Shown piece by piece: positions 36,057 to 45,425 of a DNA stretch of 64,000 bases (the stretch's first letter is position 1; each line of letters begins with the position of its first letter). The position numbers and the translations under genes were made by a program. Below the pieces are notes generated by a model, which saw only the letters and a list, made by a program, of their open reading frames with translations, had not been told where the DNA came from and did not search any database. This stretch comes from an uncultured Vicinamibacterales bacterium (lineage in GTDB: Bacteria; Acidobacteriota; Vicinamibacteria; Vicinamibacterales; UBA8438). The stretch covers positions 4,134,910 through 4,198,909 of the forward strand of contig OY282382.1 of the NCBI GenBank assembly GCA_958295905.1. Direction: 5' to 3'.

Positions 36057-37184
36057 TCAGGACGCAGCGAACACGCTCGTCCGCAACGCGCCGACGAGGG
36101 AGTCCACGACCTGGGTGAAGTCGCCGGTCTCGGCGTAGACCCGGCGCTGGTAAGCGCAACTGGGTCCGGCCTGCATGAGGGCGCGGATGCGCATCAGCTC
36201 GGCGTGGCTGCCGAGCCGCTTCGACACCGACTCGAGCGACTCCAGCAGCCGAAGTACGGCCTCCGACAAGGGTTCGAGACGACCCTCCTCGTCCACGATC
36301 ACATCCGCATCGAGGGCCCACCGGGCGGCGCGCCACTTGTTCTCGCGGACGATCCAGTAGCGCTGCAGCGGCAGATAGATGCCTTGGTCGTACTGGTCTC
36401 CCAGCCATACCACCAGCGCCTGAATCAGCGCGGTCATCGCGATGATGTCGTTCAGCGTGGGCAACCCGTCGCAGATCCGCACCTCGACCGTGCCGAATTC
36501 CGGGTGGGGCCGAATGTCCCACCAGATTTCCCGCACCGACTCGATCGCCCCGGCCCCGACCAGCGTGATCATCAGACGCTGGAACTCGGCCCAGTTCAGA
36601 AGCCGGTACGGCAGCCCCGCCGTGGGCAGACTCTCGAAAATCTTCACGCGGCACGAGGCGAGCCCCGTCTCCTCGCCCTGAAAGAACGGCGAACTGGCGG
36701 ACAGCGCGAGCAGATGGGGAATATAGGTGGTCAGCGCATTGAAGATGGCAATCGCCTTCTCGCCGCTCTCGATCCCCACGTGCACGTGCAGGCCGAAGAT
36801 CATCAGGCGCCGGGCCGGCCACTGGCAGCGGTTGGCGAGGAGGTGATAGCGCTCCTTGTCGGTGATGTCCTGATCGGCCCACCGCGAGAAGGGATGGGTG
36901 CCGGTGCTCGCCAGCTGGTAGCCGAGGCCGTCGCACCGCGTGAAGAGTTCACGGAGACGCGTCGACAGCTCGCCCCGGACCGCCGCGACGTCGGCGCATA
37001 CGTCGGTGTTCAACTCGATGGTCGACTGAATCAGCTCCGGCTTGAGGTTGTTGACGTCGCCCGCGCGCTCAAGAATGGCGGAAGCGCCCGATACGAGATT
37101 GCGGGTCTCGGGGTCGATGATCTGCAGCTCCACCTCGACTCCGAGCGTCGGCCCCGACGAACCATTGAACCGGATACGCATCAT
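36057..37184 (-). CDS. ybdK: carboxylate-amine ligase, glutamate-cysteine ligase family 2
   Basis: Start at ATG 37184 (MMRIRFNGSSGPTLGVEVELQIID...). FGLHVHVG and WWDIRPHPEFGTVEVRICD are present. Confidence 0.9.
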   Translation of the reverse strand: MMRIRFNGSSGPTLGVEVELQIIDPETRNLVSGASAILERAGDVNNLKPELIQSTIELNTDVCADVAAVRGELSTRLRELFTRCDGLGYQLASTGTHPFSRWADQDITDKERYHLLANRCQWPARRLMIFGLHVHVGIESGEKAIAIFNALTTYIPHLLALSASSPFFQGEETGLASCRVKIFESLPTAGLPYRLLNWAEFQRLMITLVGAGAIESVREIWWDIRPHPEFGTVEVRICDGLPTLNDIIAMTALIQALVVWLGDQYDQGIYLPLQRYWIVRENKWRAARWALDADVIVDEEGRLEPLSEAVLRLLESLESVSKRLGSHAELMRIRALMQAGPSCAYQRRVYAETGDFTQVVDSLVGALRTSVFAAS

Positions 37185-37358
37185 CGTGTCCCTGGGAATC
37201 CCCGCCCCGCGGCTCCGCCGCCTTGCGGCGCCCCCGCCCCGACCGCCTCTCCGCCAACGGACGCGGGTCAGTATACCCGCCCGCCGCGCGCCCCACGCCG
37301 GCCCGCCTCTCTGCAGAACGGCTTCCCTTTCCGCCCGCAGGGATGAGATAGTGGACCC

Positions 37359-37772
37359 GTGCCCCGCGCGACACCCCGCTCCACCCTGGTCCGCTATACG
37401 CTCTACCAGATCCCGGAATGGGTGCTCGTCCTGGGCGCCGCGATTCTGCTCTACCGCCGGGGCATGCTGCCGGGCTGGGCCGGCGCCCTCCTCGTCGCGA
37501 GCTGCATGGCGAAGGACGCCGCGCTGTATCCGTTGCTGCGCACCGCCTATGAAACCGACACGTCGAGCGCCATCGAACGTCTGATCGGCCTGCGCGGGGT
37601 GGCCGTCGAGCCGCTCGCACCCGGCGGCTACGTGCGCGTCCGCGGCGAGCTGTGGCGCTCGGAGGCGACGGCCGTCGATCCGGCGATCCGACGCGGGCAT
37701 CCCGTCACCGTGCACGCGGTACGGGGCACGACGTTGCTCGTCCGCCCCGCGCCGCCGCGAACCGCCCGGTAG
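37359..37772 (+). CDS. NfeD-family membrane protein
   Basis: GTG start. Two TM helices, then an OB-fold tail GVAVEPLAPGGYVRVRGELWRSEA. Confidence 0.7.
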   Translation: MPRATPRSTLVRYTLYQIPEWVLVLGAAILLYRRGMLPGWAGALLVASCMAKDAALYPLLRTAYETDTSSAIERLIGLRGVAVEPLAPGGYVRVRGELWRSEATAVDPAIRRGHPVTVHAVRGTTLLVRPAPPRTAR

Positions 37773-37915
37773 CGGCCCGTGGCGAAAGTCCCCGCTGCCT
37801 TCAAGCGGCGATGCTTCCCGCCGAACCGCGCGGTTCGGCGGTTGCCCATGCCCAAACCGTCATGATCGGGGACGCCGATCGCCCCGACGCCGCGAAACGT
37901 CGGGACTTGTTCATA
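37773..37915. repeat. intergenic repeat family C, copy with 27-mer core
   Basis: AAACCGTCATGATCGGGGACGCCGATC at 37854-37880 is identical to 41128-41154. The left arm GGCGAAAGTCCCCGC..GGCGATGCTTCCCGCC is the reverse complement of the motif at 62960-63015. Confidence 0.8.
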
Positions 37916-37922
37916 CGCACGA

Positions 37923-38349
37923 AGAGCGCCGCAGTGGGACGATAAGCCGAATTCTGTACCCGACGGCCCCCCGCGGACGGGACGACGCCGGGCGACGACC
38001 ATTCCTCTAGCCCCGCCATCACTGGCGGGGTCGAGCAACCTACCCGGAGGCTTCGGACGGGCCGCCCTGATGACGCCTCCCTATTTGGTCTTGCTCCGTG
38101 CGGGGTTTAGCCTGCCATCCGCCTTGCGGCGAACGCGGTGCGCTCTTACCGCACCTTTTCACCCTTACCTCCCGACGCACCGACCTGAATCGGTCGTCAT
38201 CGAGGCGGTATGTTTTCTGTGCCACTTTCCTTCAGGTCGCCCTGACCGGGGATTACCCGGCGCACTGCCCTCTGGAGTTCGGACTTTCCTCCCCACCCGA
38301 TGCCCCGAGGCATCGTGCGCAGCGGTCGTCTGTCCCACTGCGGCGCGTC
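37923..38349 (-). ncRNA. rnpB: RNase P RNA, bacterial type A
   Basis: The minus strand reads CGCCGCAGUGGGAC AGACGACCGC...GGAGGAAAGUCCGAACUCC...ACAGAAAACAUACCGCC...GGGUAAGGGUGAAAAGGUGCGGUAAGAGCGCACC...ACAGAAUUCGGCUUAUC GUCCCACUGCGGCG. The P1 strands (38332-38345 and 37927-37940) are perfectly complementary. Confidence 0.92.
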
Positions 38350-38366
38350 AACCTCCCTGCCTTCGA

Positions 38367-39737
38367 CTAGCCATCCGTGTCCTGTGAAATCGCGTACTGC
38401 TCCAGCTTCTTGTAGAGATTGCTGCGCGGCGTATCGATCACCTCCGCGGTCCTCGAGATGTTCCAGCCGTGCTCCCGCAGCTTGTCGATCAGAAACGCGC
38501 GCTCCGCCCGCTCCTTGAACTCCCGCAGGGTGCCGGCCTGACTCGCCGCGAGCCCCGCCGGGGCCTCCCGGGACCCGCTCCGCAACACGGCGCGAACGTC
38601 GCCCACGTCGATCGTCCCGCCCGGGGTCATCACGAGCAACCGTTCCACCGTGTTCTTCAGCTCGCGGATGTTGCCACGCCACCGCTCGCCGCCCAGCGCC
38701 TCGATCGCGGCCGGCGTGAACTCCCGGGGCCGGAAATTGTTGTCCCGGCAGAACAGCGCGGTGAAGTGACGGACCAGCCGGGGAATATCCTCCCGCCGGT
38801 CGCGGAGCGGCGGCACCCGAATGGGGATGACGCTGAGTCGAAAATACAGGTCCTCGCGAAAGCGCTCCTGGTCGATGGCCTCCTCGAGATTCCGGTTGGT
38901 GGCGGCGAGCACCCGCACGTCGACCTTGATCGTCCGGGCGGATCCGAGCCTCTCGACCTCTCCCTCCTGCAGCACCCGCAGCACCTTGGCCTGCGTACGG
39001 AGGCTCATGTCACCGACTTCGTCGAGAAAGATGGTACCGCGATCCGCCTGCTCGAACTTGCCGATCTGCTTCTGGGTCGCCCCGGTGAAGGCCCCCCGCT
39101 CGTGTCCGAAGAGCTCCGATTCGATGAGCTCCTCGGGAAGCGCGGCGCAGTTGACCTGCACGAACCGCTCCCGGCCCCGCCGGCTGTTGCGGTGGATCGC
39201 CCGCGCCACGAGCTCCTTGCCGACCCCGCTCTCGCCCTGGATGAGGACGGTGCTGCTGGTGGGCGCGGCCCGGCCGATCGCATCGGTCACCTCCTCGAGC
39301 GCCGGACTGTCCCCCACCATCTCGTGGCGGATCTCGACCAGTTCGCGGTAGCGGCTCACCTCCGTCTGCAGCCGGTGCTGCTCCAAGGCGTTTCGGATGT
39401 CGAGCTTGAGGACGTCACCCTCGAAGCCCTTCTCTAGAAACGTGAACGCGCCCTGCTTGGTCGCCTCGACCGCGGTGCCGATGGTGCCGTGCCCCGAGAT
39501 CACGATCACCGGGACCGCATCACCCCGTTCGCGCATCCGCCGCAGCACTTCCAACCCATCCATCCCCGGCATCTTCACGTCGAGGAGTACCAGGTCGATG
39601 CTCTCGGAATCGATCAGGTCGAGACCCTCCCGGCCGCTGCGCGCAAACAGGCACTCGTAGCCCTCGTACTCAAGGGTCATTTTGAGCGCATCGCGCACGC
39701 CTTCGTCGTCATCGACCACCAGAATCCGCTCGTTCAT
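38367..39737 (-). CDS. sigma-54-dependent response regulator (NtrC/AtoC family)
   Basis: REC domain (VVDDD..D..MPGMDG), AAA+ domain (GESGVGKE, GAFTGA, ESELFGHERGAFTGA), C-terminal Fis-type HTH. Confidence 0.95.
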   Translation of the reverse strand: MNERILVVDDDEGVRDALKMTLEYEGYECLFARSGREGLDLIDSESIDLVLLDVKMPGMDGLEVLRRMRERGDAVPVIVISGHGTIGTAVEATKQGAFTFLEKGFEGDVLKLDIRNALEQHRLQTEVSRYRELVEIRHEMVGDSPALEEVTDAIGRAAPTSSTVLIQGESGVGKELVARAIHRNSRRGRERFVQVNCAALPEELIESELFGHERGAFTGATQKQIGKFEQADRGTIFLDEVGDMSLRTQAKVLRVLQEGEVERLGSARTIKVDVRVLAATNRNLEEAIDQERFREDLYFRLSVIPIRVPPLRDRREDIPRLVRHFTALFCRDNNFRPREFTPAAIEALGGERWRGNIRELKNTVERLLVMTPGGTIDVGDVRAVLRSGSREAPAGLAASQAGTLREFKERAERAFLIDKLREHGWNISRTAEVIDTPRSNLYKKLEQYAISQDTDG

Positions 39738-39765
39738 CGGCTCCCGCCGGCCATTATAAGTTCAC

Positions 39766-39901
39766 GGAAGCCGGAACCGCTGCGAAACCGGCGGCGCGCG
39801 GGTCGCGGGTGGTTGGGCGGCAATCGGAGGCCGCAGCGCGACCTTGCGGTCGCGTTCGGAGTTTCGCCGGCGCGAAACTCCTACGGCGACGATTTCCGGG
39901 C
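39766..39901. repeat. intergenic repeat family A, full unit (reverse orientation)
   Basis: The reverse complement is CCCGGAAATCGTCGCCGTAGGAGTTTCGCGCCGGCGAAACTCCGAACGCGACCGCAAGGTCGCGCTGCGGCCTCCGAT... It matches 45548-45625 and 46615-46692 almost exactly. Confidence 0.85.
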
Positions 39902-40926
39902 TAGCGATCGCGGGCGAGCACGTAATCCGGCAGCGCCATCAGCGCATCGAGCTCGGGCGTCGGCGGGAAGCCCTGAAGAGACCGCTTCGCCGCGGCGGCG
40001 AAACCCGCCGCCCGCTCGAAGGCGAGATCGAGCACCTGATGCTCCGTCAACAGCGCGCGCAGCTCGCTCCAGGCGTCCGGGGTGAACCGGCGGTCCCGCA
40101 CCATCGCGTCCAGCAGGACCCGGGCCGAATCCCCGGCCTTCTGGAGCAGGTAGATCGCGGGCAGGGTCATCTTGCCTTCGCGCACGTCGCCGCCGACCGG
40201 TTTCCCGAGCACGCTCTCGTCCGCGGTGTAGTCCAGGAGATCGTCGACAAGCTGGAAGGCGATGCCGAGATTGATGCCGTAGTCGCGCAACGCCAGTTGC
40301 CGGGCCTCGGACAGCTTCCCGAGCATCGCGCCGATCCGGGCGCAGCCCCCGAACAGGTGGGCGGTCTTGCGCCGGATGATCTCCAGATGCTCTTCCTCGC
40401 TGATGTCCACGTCTCCGACCTTGGTGAGCTGGTAGAGCTCTCCTTCGATCATGCGCCGGGTGACGTCGCAGAGCAGCCGCACGAGCTCGAGCGAGTCGAC
40501 GGTCAGGGCCATGCCCATCGACTTGATGTAGAGGTAGTCGCCGAGCAGGACGGTGATGTCGTTGCCCCAGCGGGAATGCACGGTCTTCCGCCCGCGCCGA
40601 ATGACCGAATCGTCGATCATGTCGTCGTGCACGAGGGTGGCGGTGTGGATGAACTCCACCACCGCCGCATACAGCGTCGCATTGTCCCCCCGATAGCCGC
40701 CGAGCCGGGCGCACATCAGGAGGAGCGCCGGTCTCACCCGCTTGCCGCCGCTCGTCTGCAGGTAGCGGCCGATCTCGGGAATCAACTCGACCCGTGATTC
40801 GATGTGCCGAACGAACTGCCGCTCGACCGATTCGAGGTCCTGCCGTATCGGATCGAAAATCTCGGCGAGATCCGGGGGGGAAGAGGTTCTCGACACGGTG
40901 GCAACTCGCGGCCCGGATTTGAGCAT
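39901..40926 (-). CDS. long-chain polyprenyl diphosphate synthase
   Basis: 341 aa. First DDxxD in TLVHDDMIDDS and second in QLVDDLLDY. Confidence 0.9.
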   Translation of the reverse strand: MLKSGPRVATVSRTSSPPDLAEIFDPIRQDLESVERQFVRHIESRVELIPEIGRYLQTSGGKRVRPALLLMCARLGGYRGDNATLYAAVVEFIHTATLVHDDMIDDSVIRRGRKTVHSRWGNDITVLLGDYLYIKSMGMALTVDSLELVRLLCDVTRRMIEGELYQLTKVGDVDISEEEHLEIIRRKTAHLFGGCARIGAMLGKLSEARQLALRDYGINLGIAFQLVDDLLDYTADESVLGKPVGGDVREGKMTLPAIYLLQKAGDSARVLLDAMVRDRRFTPDAWSELRALLTEHQVLDLAFERAAGFAAAAKRSLQGFPPTPELDALMALPDYVLARDR

Positions 40927-41070
40927 ACTTGCGTTCCAAGTGTCAATGCAGCAAGCCTTTAGGCCTTTAGTCAGGGGTGCGCGTCAAGAAAGCGCGGCAC
41001 CGCCGCTGGAACCGCCCCCGAGGGATCCCAGGCGCCAAAGCCCCAAGAAAAGCCCGTTCAGGACGGCCTC

Positions 41071-41190
41071 GATGCCGAGAACGGCACGGAAATCGCCAAC
41101 CTGACGGCGCCGGGGCGGTCATTTCGCAAACCGTCATGATCGGGGACGCCGATCATCCAACGTCACGAAACGCCGGGACAGGCTTCAGGA
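41071..41190. repeat. intergenic repeat family C, copy with 27-mer core
   Basis: 41128-41154 is identical to 37854-37880. The flank CGTCACGAAACGCCGGGAC resembles CGCCGCGAAACGTCGGGAC. Confidence 0.8.
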
Positions 41191-41214
41191 GGAAATCCGA
41201 CGTGCGCCCAGCCT

Positions 41215-42054
41215 TTAGTTGGGAAGCCTTCCCGGGGGTTGATCCCCCTCTGGACACGCGGCGGGCCGTGGAGGCCCCGCGGGGAAGAGCGCCTCGAAAG
41301 CGGCCGAGGTTCGCGCGCGCACCTCGCCGGCGGTCGTCCCCCGCACGCCGGCCACGACGTCGACCACCCGGGTCACCCAGGCCGGCTCGTTGCGCCGCCC
41401 CCGATGCGGCACCGGTGCCAGGTACGGGGCATCGGTCTCGACGAGCAGCCGGTCCCAGGGCACCACGGCCGCCGCCTCGCGCACGGCATCCGCCCGCTTG
41501 AACGTCGCGATACCCGAGAACGACACGTGAAACCCGAGATCGACGGCCCGCCGCGCCATCGATGCGCCGCCGGTGAAGCAGTGAAACACGCCGCCCGGCG
41601 GCGGCGCGCCCTCGTCCGCCAGGACCGCGAAGGTGTCCTCGTCCGCCTCGCGGGTATGGATCACCACCGGACGTCCCAGATCGCGCGCCACCCGAACCTG
41701 ACGCCTGAACACTTCGCGCTGGATCTCGCGCGGCGCGGAATCGTAGTGGTAGTCGAGACCGATCTCCCCCACCGCGCAGGCGCCGGCCCGCGCCGCGACG
41801 GCCGAGCGCAGCCGCGGACCCACGTCGTCGAGACAGTCGGCGAACTCGCCGGCCTGGTGCGGATGCACGCCGACCGCGAATCCGACCGCCGGCCAGAGCG
41901 CCGACACCCGCCGGGCGCGGGTCGCTTCGGCCGGGTTCGTGGCGTCGAGAATGCACAGCGCGCCGCGGAGCCCGGCCCCCCGAGCCCGTTCGACGACCGC
42001 GTCGAGGTCGTCCTCGAACGCCTCGTCGGCCAGATGACAGTGCGAATCGAACAT
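41215..42054 (-). CDS. tatD: TatD-family metal-dependent hydrolase
   Basis: MFDSHCHL..., GEIGLDYHY, VVIHTREA, ETDAPYLAP. Confidence 0.9.
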   Translation of the reverse strand: MFDSHCHLADEAFEDDLDAVVERARGAGLRGALCILDATNPAEATRARRVSALWPAVGFAVGVHPHQAGEFADCLDDVGPRLRSAVAARAGACAVGEIGLDYHYDSAPREIQREVFRRQVRVARDLGRPVVIHTREADEDTFAVLADEGAPPPGGVFHCFTGGASMARRAVDLGFHVSFSGIATFKRADAVREAAAVVPWDRLLVETDAPYLAPVPHRGRRNEPAWVTRVVDVVAGVRGTTAGEVRARTSAAFEALFPAGPPRPAACPEGDQPPGRLPN

Positions 42055-42070
42055 CGGCTCCCCCGACCCG

Positions 42071-44161
42071 TTATCGGACTCGAGCCCCGGGGGGAGCGGC
42101 ATCCGGGTTGTCGACGCCCAGCAGCACCGGCTGACCGTCCGGATCGGTCGCAGCAAGAATCATGCCGTTCGACTCGACCCCCATCAACCTGGCCTTCTCG
42201 AGGTTGGCGACAATCACCACCGAACGCCCCACCAAGGTCTCGGGGGCGTAGGCGCGCGCGATCCCCGCGACGAGCGTGCGCTCGCCGCTTCCGTCGTCCA
42301 CCGTCACCTTCAGCAGCTTCCTGGACTTCGGAATCACCTCGGCCACGAGCACCCTGGCCACCTGCAGCCGCACCTTCATGAAGTCGTCGAACGAGATGCG
42401 CGGCTCCGGGGGGGGCGCCGGCGCGGCGGGTGCGGGCGCGGGAGGGGCTGCCGCCGGGCCGGGGTCGGTCCCGCCGGCGGGCGGCGCGGACGGGGTGCCG
42501 TCCCGCGGCCCCCCCACGCGCCGCGAACCCGGGTCGCGCTCTACCGGCAGCGGCGCCGTGGTCGGTATGTCGTCTGTCATCGTCGTCCCTGATCCCTTCT
42601 CCGCGGCAACCCCGGGCGCACCGGCGGCGATCCCGCCGATGGAACCACCCGCCTCGAGCCGCGGCCAGAGCGGCGGTCCCTGGACGACATGCCGCCCGCC
42701 CCCGGACCACGCCGCATCCGCATCCAGCCGACTCTCGGCAATCGGCCTCGTCTGGCCCATCCGGCGCCAAATCTCCGCGCAGGACGAGGGCATTGCCGGC
42801 CACAGCAGCAGCGCCGCAATCCGCACCGCCTCCACCATCTCGAACAGCGCCTGGTCGAGCTCGCGGCGGCGGTCGGCGCTCTTGGCCAGCGCCCACGGCT
42901 CGGACCGGGTGATGAACTCGTTGGTGGCGTCGATCAGGTCGAACGCCGCCGCCATCCCCGCGTGCAGCGCGTAGGCGTCGAGCGCCGCGCGGTACCGCCG
43001 CACCACGTCGGCCGCGACGTCCGCCAGACGCGGCGCCGCGCCGGGCGCCGGAGCCACCCGCCCCCCGCGGTACTTGTGCGCCATCGCCGTGACGCGACTC
43101 ACCAAGTTGCCGAAGTTGTTCGCGAGGTCCGCGTTGTAACGCTCGTCGAAGCGTTCCCAGGTGAAATCGCCGTCCTGGCCGTACACGATCTCCTTGACGA
43201 GATACAGGCGCAGCGGATCGGGGCCCAGCCGATCCGCCGCATCGAGCGGATCGACGTTGGTGCCGAGGGACTTGCTCATGCGCCGGCCCTGCCAGTTCAC
43301 CCATCCGTGGCCGAATACGCGCCTCGGCGGCGCGATCCCCGCGCTCATGAGCATGGCCGGCCACACCACGGCGTGGAAACGGGTGATGTCCTTCCCCACC
43401 ACGTGCACGTCGGCCGGCCACCAGGTGGCGAACTGCTCCTCGTCGCTGCCGTACCCGACCGCAGCCATGTAGTTGGTGAGGGCGTCGAACCAGACGTAGA
43501 CCACGTTCGACGGGTCGAACGGCAGCGGAATGCCCCAGCGCTGTCCCGTGCGGCTGACGGAGATGTCCTCGAGGCCGCGTTCCAGCAGCCGGAGCATCTC
43601 GTTGCGCCGGACCTCGGGCTGCACGAACGTCGGATGCGCCGCGTAGTGCTCCAGCAACCGGTCCCGATAGCGGGACAGGCGAAAAAAGTGGTTCTTCTCC
43701 TTGACCCAGTCCGGCTTGCTGCGGTGCACCGGACACTCGCCGTCGACGAGGTCCCGGTCCTGCTTGAACGCCTCGCAGGAGACGCAGTACCACCCCTCGT
43801 ACTCGCCTTCGTACAGGTCGCCGGCGGCGGCGATGCGCTCGACCAGGGTCGTGACCGCCACCCGGTGGCGCGCTTCGGTGGTCCGGATGAAATCGTCGAA
43901 CGACACGTCGAGCTTCGCCCAGACCTCGCGGAACACCGCCTCCATCCGGTCGCAGAAGACCCGCGGGTCGAGCCCGAGCTCGGTCGCGCGCTGGAAGACG
44001 TTCTGCGAGTGCTCGTCGTTGCCCATGACGAACCGCGTCGGGTGGCCGCGCAGCCGGCGATAGCGGGCGATGACGTCGGCCGTCACCTTCTCGTAGGCCG
44101 TGCCCAAATGGGGCCGGCTGTTGACGTAGTCGATCGCGGTGGTCAGGTAGAAACGGTTCAT
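42071..44161 (-). CDS. metG: methionine--tRNA ligase with P/A-rich linker and C-terminal tRNA-binding domain
   Basis: MNRFYLTTAIDYVNSRPHLGTAYE (HIGH-type region), KMSKSLGN, and a C-terminal KVRLQVARV...EKARLMGVESNGMILAA domain. Confidence 0.97.
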   Translation of the reverse strand: MNRFYLTTAIDYVNSRPHLGTAYEKVTADVIARYRRLRGHPTRFVMGNDEHSQNVFQRATELGLDPRVFCDRMEAVFREVWAKLDVSFDDFIRTTEARHRVAVTTLVERIAAAGDLYEGEYEGWYCVSCEAFKQDRDLVDGECPVHRSKPDWVKEKNHFFRLSRYRDRLLEHYAAHPTFVQPEVRRNEMLRLLERGLEDISVSRTGQRWGIPLPFDPSNVVYVWFDALTNYMAAVGYGSDEEQFATWWPADVHVVGKDITRFHAVVWPAMLMSAGIAPPRRVFGHGWVNWQGRRMSKSLGTNVDPLDAADRLGPDPLRLYLVKEIVYGQDGDFTWERFDERYNADLANNFGNLVSRVTAMAHKYRGGRVAPAPGAAPRLADVAADVVRRYRAALDAYALHAGMAAAFDLIDATNEFITRSEPWALAKSADRRRELDQALFEMVEAVRIAALLLWPAMPSSCAEIWRRMGQTRPIAESRLDADAAWSGGGRHVVQGPPLWPRLEAGGSIGGIAAGAPGVAAEKGSGTTMTDDIPTTAPLPVERDPGSRRVGGPRDGTPSAPPAGGTDPGPAAAPPAPAPAAPAPPPEPRISFDDFMKVRLQVARVLVAEVIPKSRKLLKVTVDDGSGERTLVAGIARAYAPETLVGRSVVIVANLEKARLMGVESNGMILAATDPDGQPVLLGVDNPDAAPPGARVR

Positions 44162-44204
44162 CTTCCTTGCCTTCGACGCGCTGCCCCCGACGCCGGCGCG
44201 CCGC

Positions 44205-45416
44205 TCACCGGGCGCCCGGCCGCGCCGCCAGTCCGGCGTCGCGCGACGCCTGAACGGCGGCCGCGTGAACCTCCTTCACCGATACGCGGTGCGCGCGGGC
44301 CGCGCGGGCGCAGTCCTCGAACTCGGGCGACACGTTGACCACCGCGGCGCCGCGCCGCGCCACCTTGCATCGTATCTCGCCGTAGCCGGTCGGCACCGGC
44401 ACGATCTCCCGCGCCAGCACCTCCCGGGTCACCTCGCCGTAGCGGAGTCCGATGGTGCTCGTCTCCCGGAACAGGGTGGCGCAGACCGCCTCGCGGCGTC
44501 CCGGCGGCACGAGCACCGTCACCTGCGTACCCGGACGGTTCTTCTTCATCTGCACCGGCGTATAGAACACGTCGACCGCCCCCGCATCCTGGAGATGCTC
44601 CCGGAGCACCCCGAAGATCTGGGGGTTCATGTCGTCGATCTCGCAGTGGACGGCGGCCACCCGTTCCTCGGGGGCGCCCTCCGCCGCCTCGCCGAGGAGC
44701 ACCCGCAGGACGTTGGGATGGCCCCGGGGGTCGCGCGACCCGGCGCCGTACCCGATCCGCTGGATGCGCATCGGCGGCAACGGTCCGTACTCAACCGCGA
44801 ACTCCGACACGAGCAGGGCGCCGGTCGGGGTCAGGAGCTCGCCGCCCGGCGCCCCCGCGTACACCGGGGCGCCGGCGATCAACGCCGCCGTCGCCGGCGC
44901 CGGCACCGGCAGGGTCCCGTGCGCGCACGTGACGGCGCCGTTCCCCACGTTCACGGCGGAGGCGACGATCCGCTCGGCTCCGAACCACTCCAGCGCGAAG
45001 ACCCCGCCGACGATGTCGATGATCGAGTCGAGGGCCCCCACCTCGTGCAGGTGCACCTTCTCCACCGGCATCCGGTGTATCGCGGCCTCGGTCTCGGCCA
45101 AGCGCCGAAACAACGCGGCCGCCCGCGCCCGGGAGCCATCGGCCAACGACGATCGTTCCACCCGCTCGAGAATCCCGGGAAGATGGCGGTGGGGATGGCC
45201 GCCGCCGTCACCGGCGGTCCCGGTCACCGTGAACTTCGTGGCTCCCACGCCGGACCGGCTCACCGGCTCGGCCGAAACGGTGCACTCGTCGCCGAGGGCG
45301 AGGCTCCCCAACGCCTCCTGGAGACGCTCGAAGGGCAGGCCCGCATCGAGCAGGGCGCCGATCATCATGTCGCCCGATGCGCCGGAGAAGCAGTCCAGAT
45401 AGAGAATCCGCCCCAT
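44205..45416 (-). CDS. larC: nickel-pincer cofactor biosynthesis protein LarC (DUF111)
   Basis: MGRILYLDCFSGASGDMMIGALLDAG, HEVGALDSIIDIVG. Confidence 0.9.
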   Translation of the reverse strand: MGRILYLDCFSGASGDMMIGALLDAGLPFERLQEALGSLALGDECTVSAEPVSRSGVGATKFTVTGTAGDGGGHPHRHLPGILERVERSSLADGSRARAAALFRRLAETEAAIHRMPVEKVHLHEVGALDSIIDIVGGVFALEWFGAERIVASAVNVGNGAVTCAHGTLPVPAPATAALIAGAPVYAGAPGGELLTPTGALLVSEFAVEYGPLPPMRIQRIGYGAGSRDPRGHPNVLRVLLGEAAEGAPEERVAAVHCEIDDMNPQIFGVLREHLQDAGAVDVFYTPVQMKKNRPGTQVTVLVPPGRREAVCATLFRETSTIGLRYGEVTREVLAREIVPVPTGYGEIRCKVARRGAAVVNVSPEFEDCARAARAHRVSVKEVHAAAVQASRDAGLAARPGAR

Positions 45417-45425
45417 GGGTTCCTG

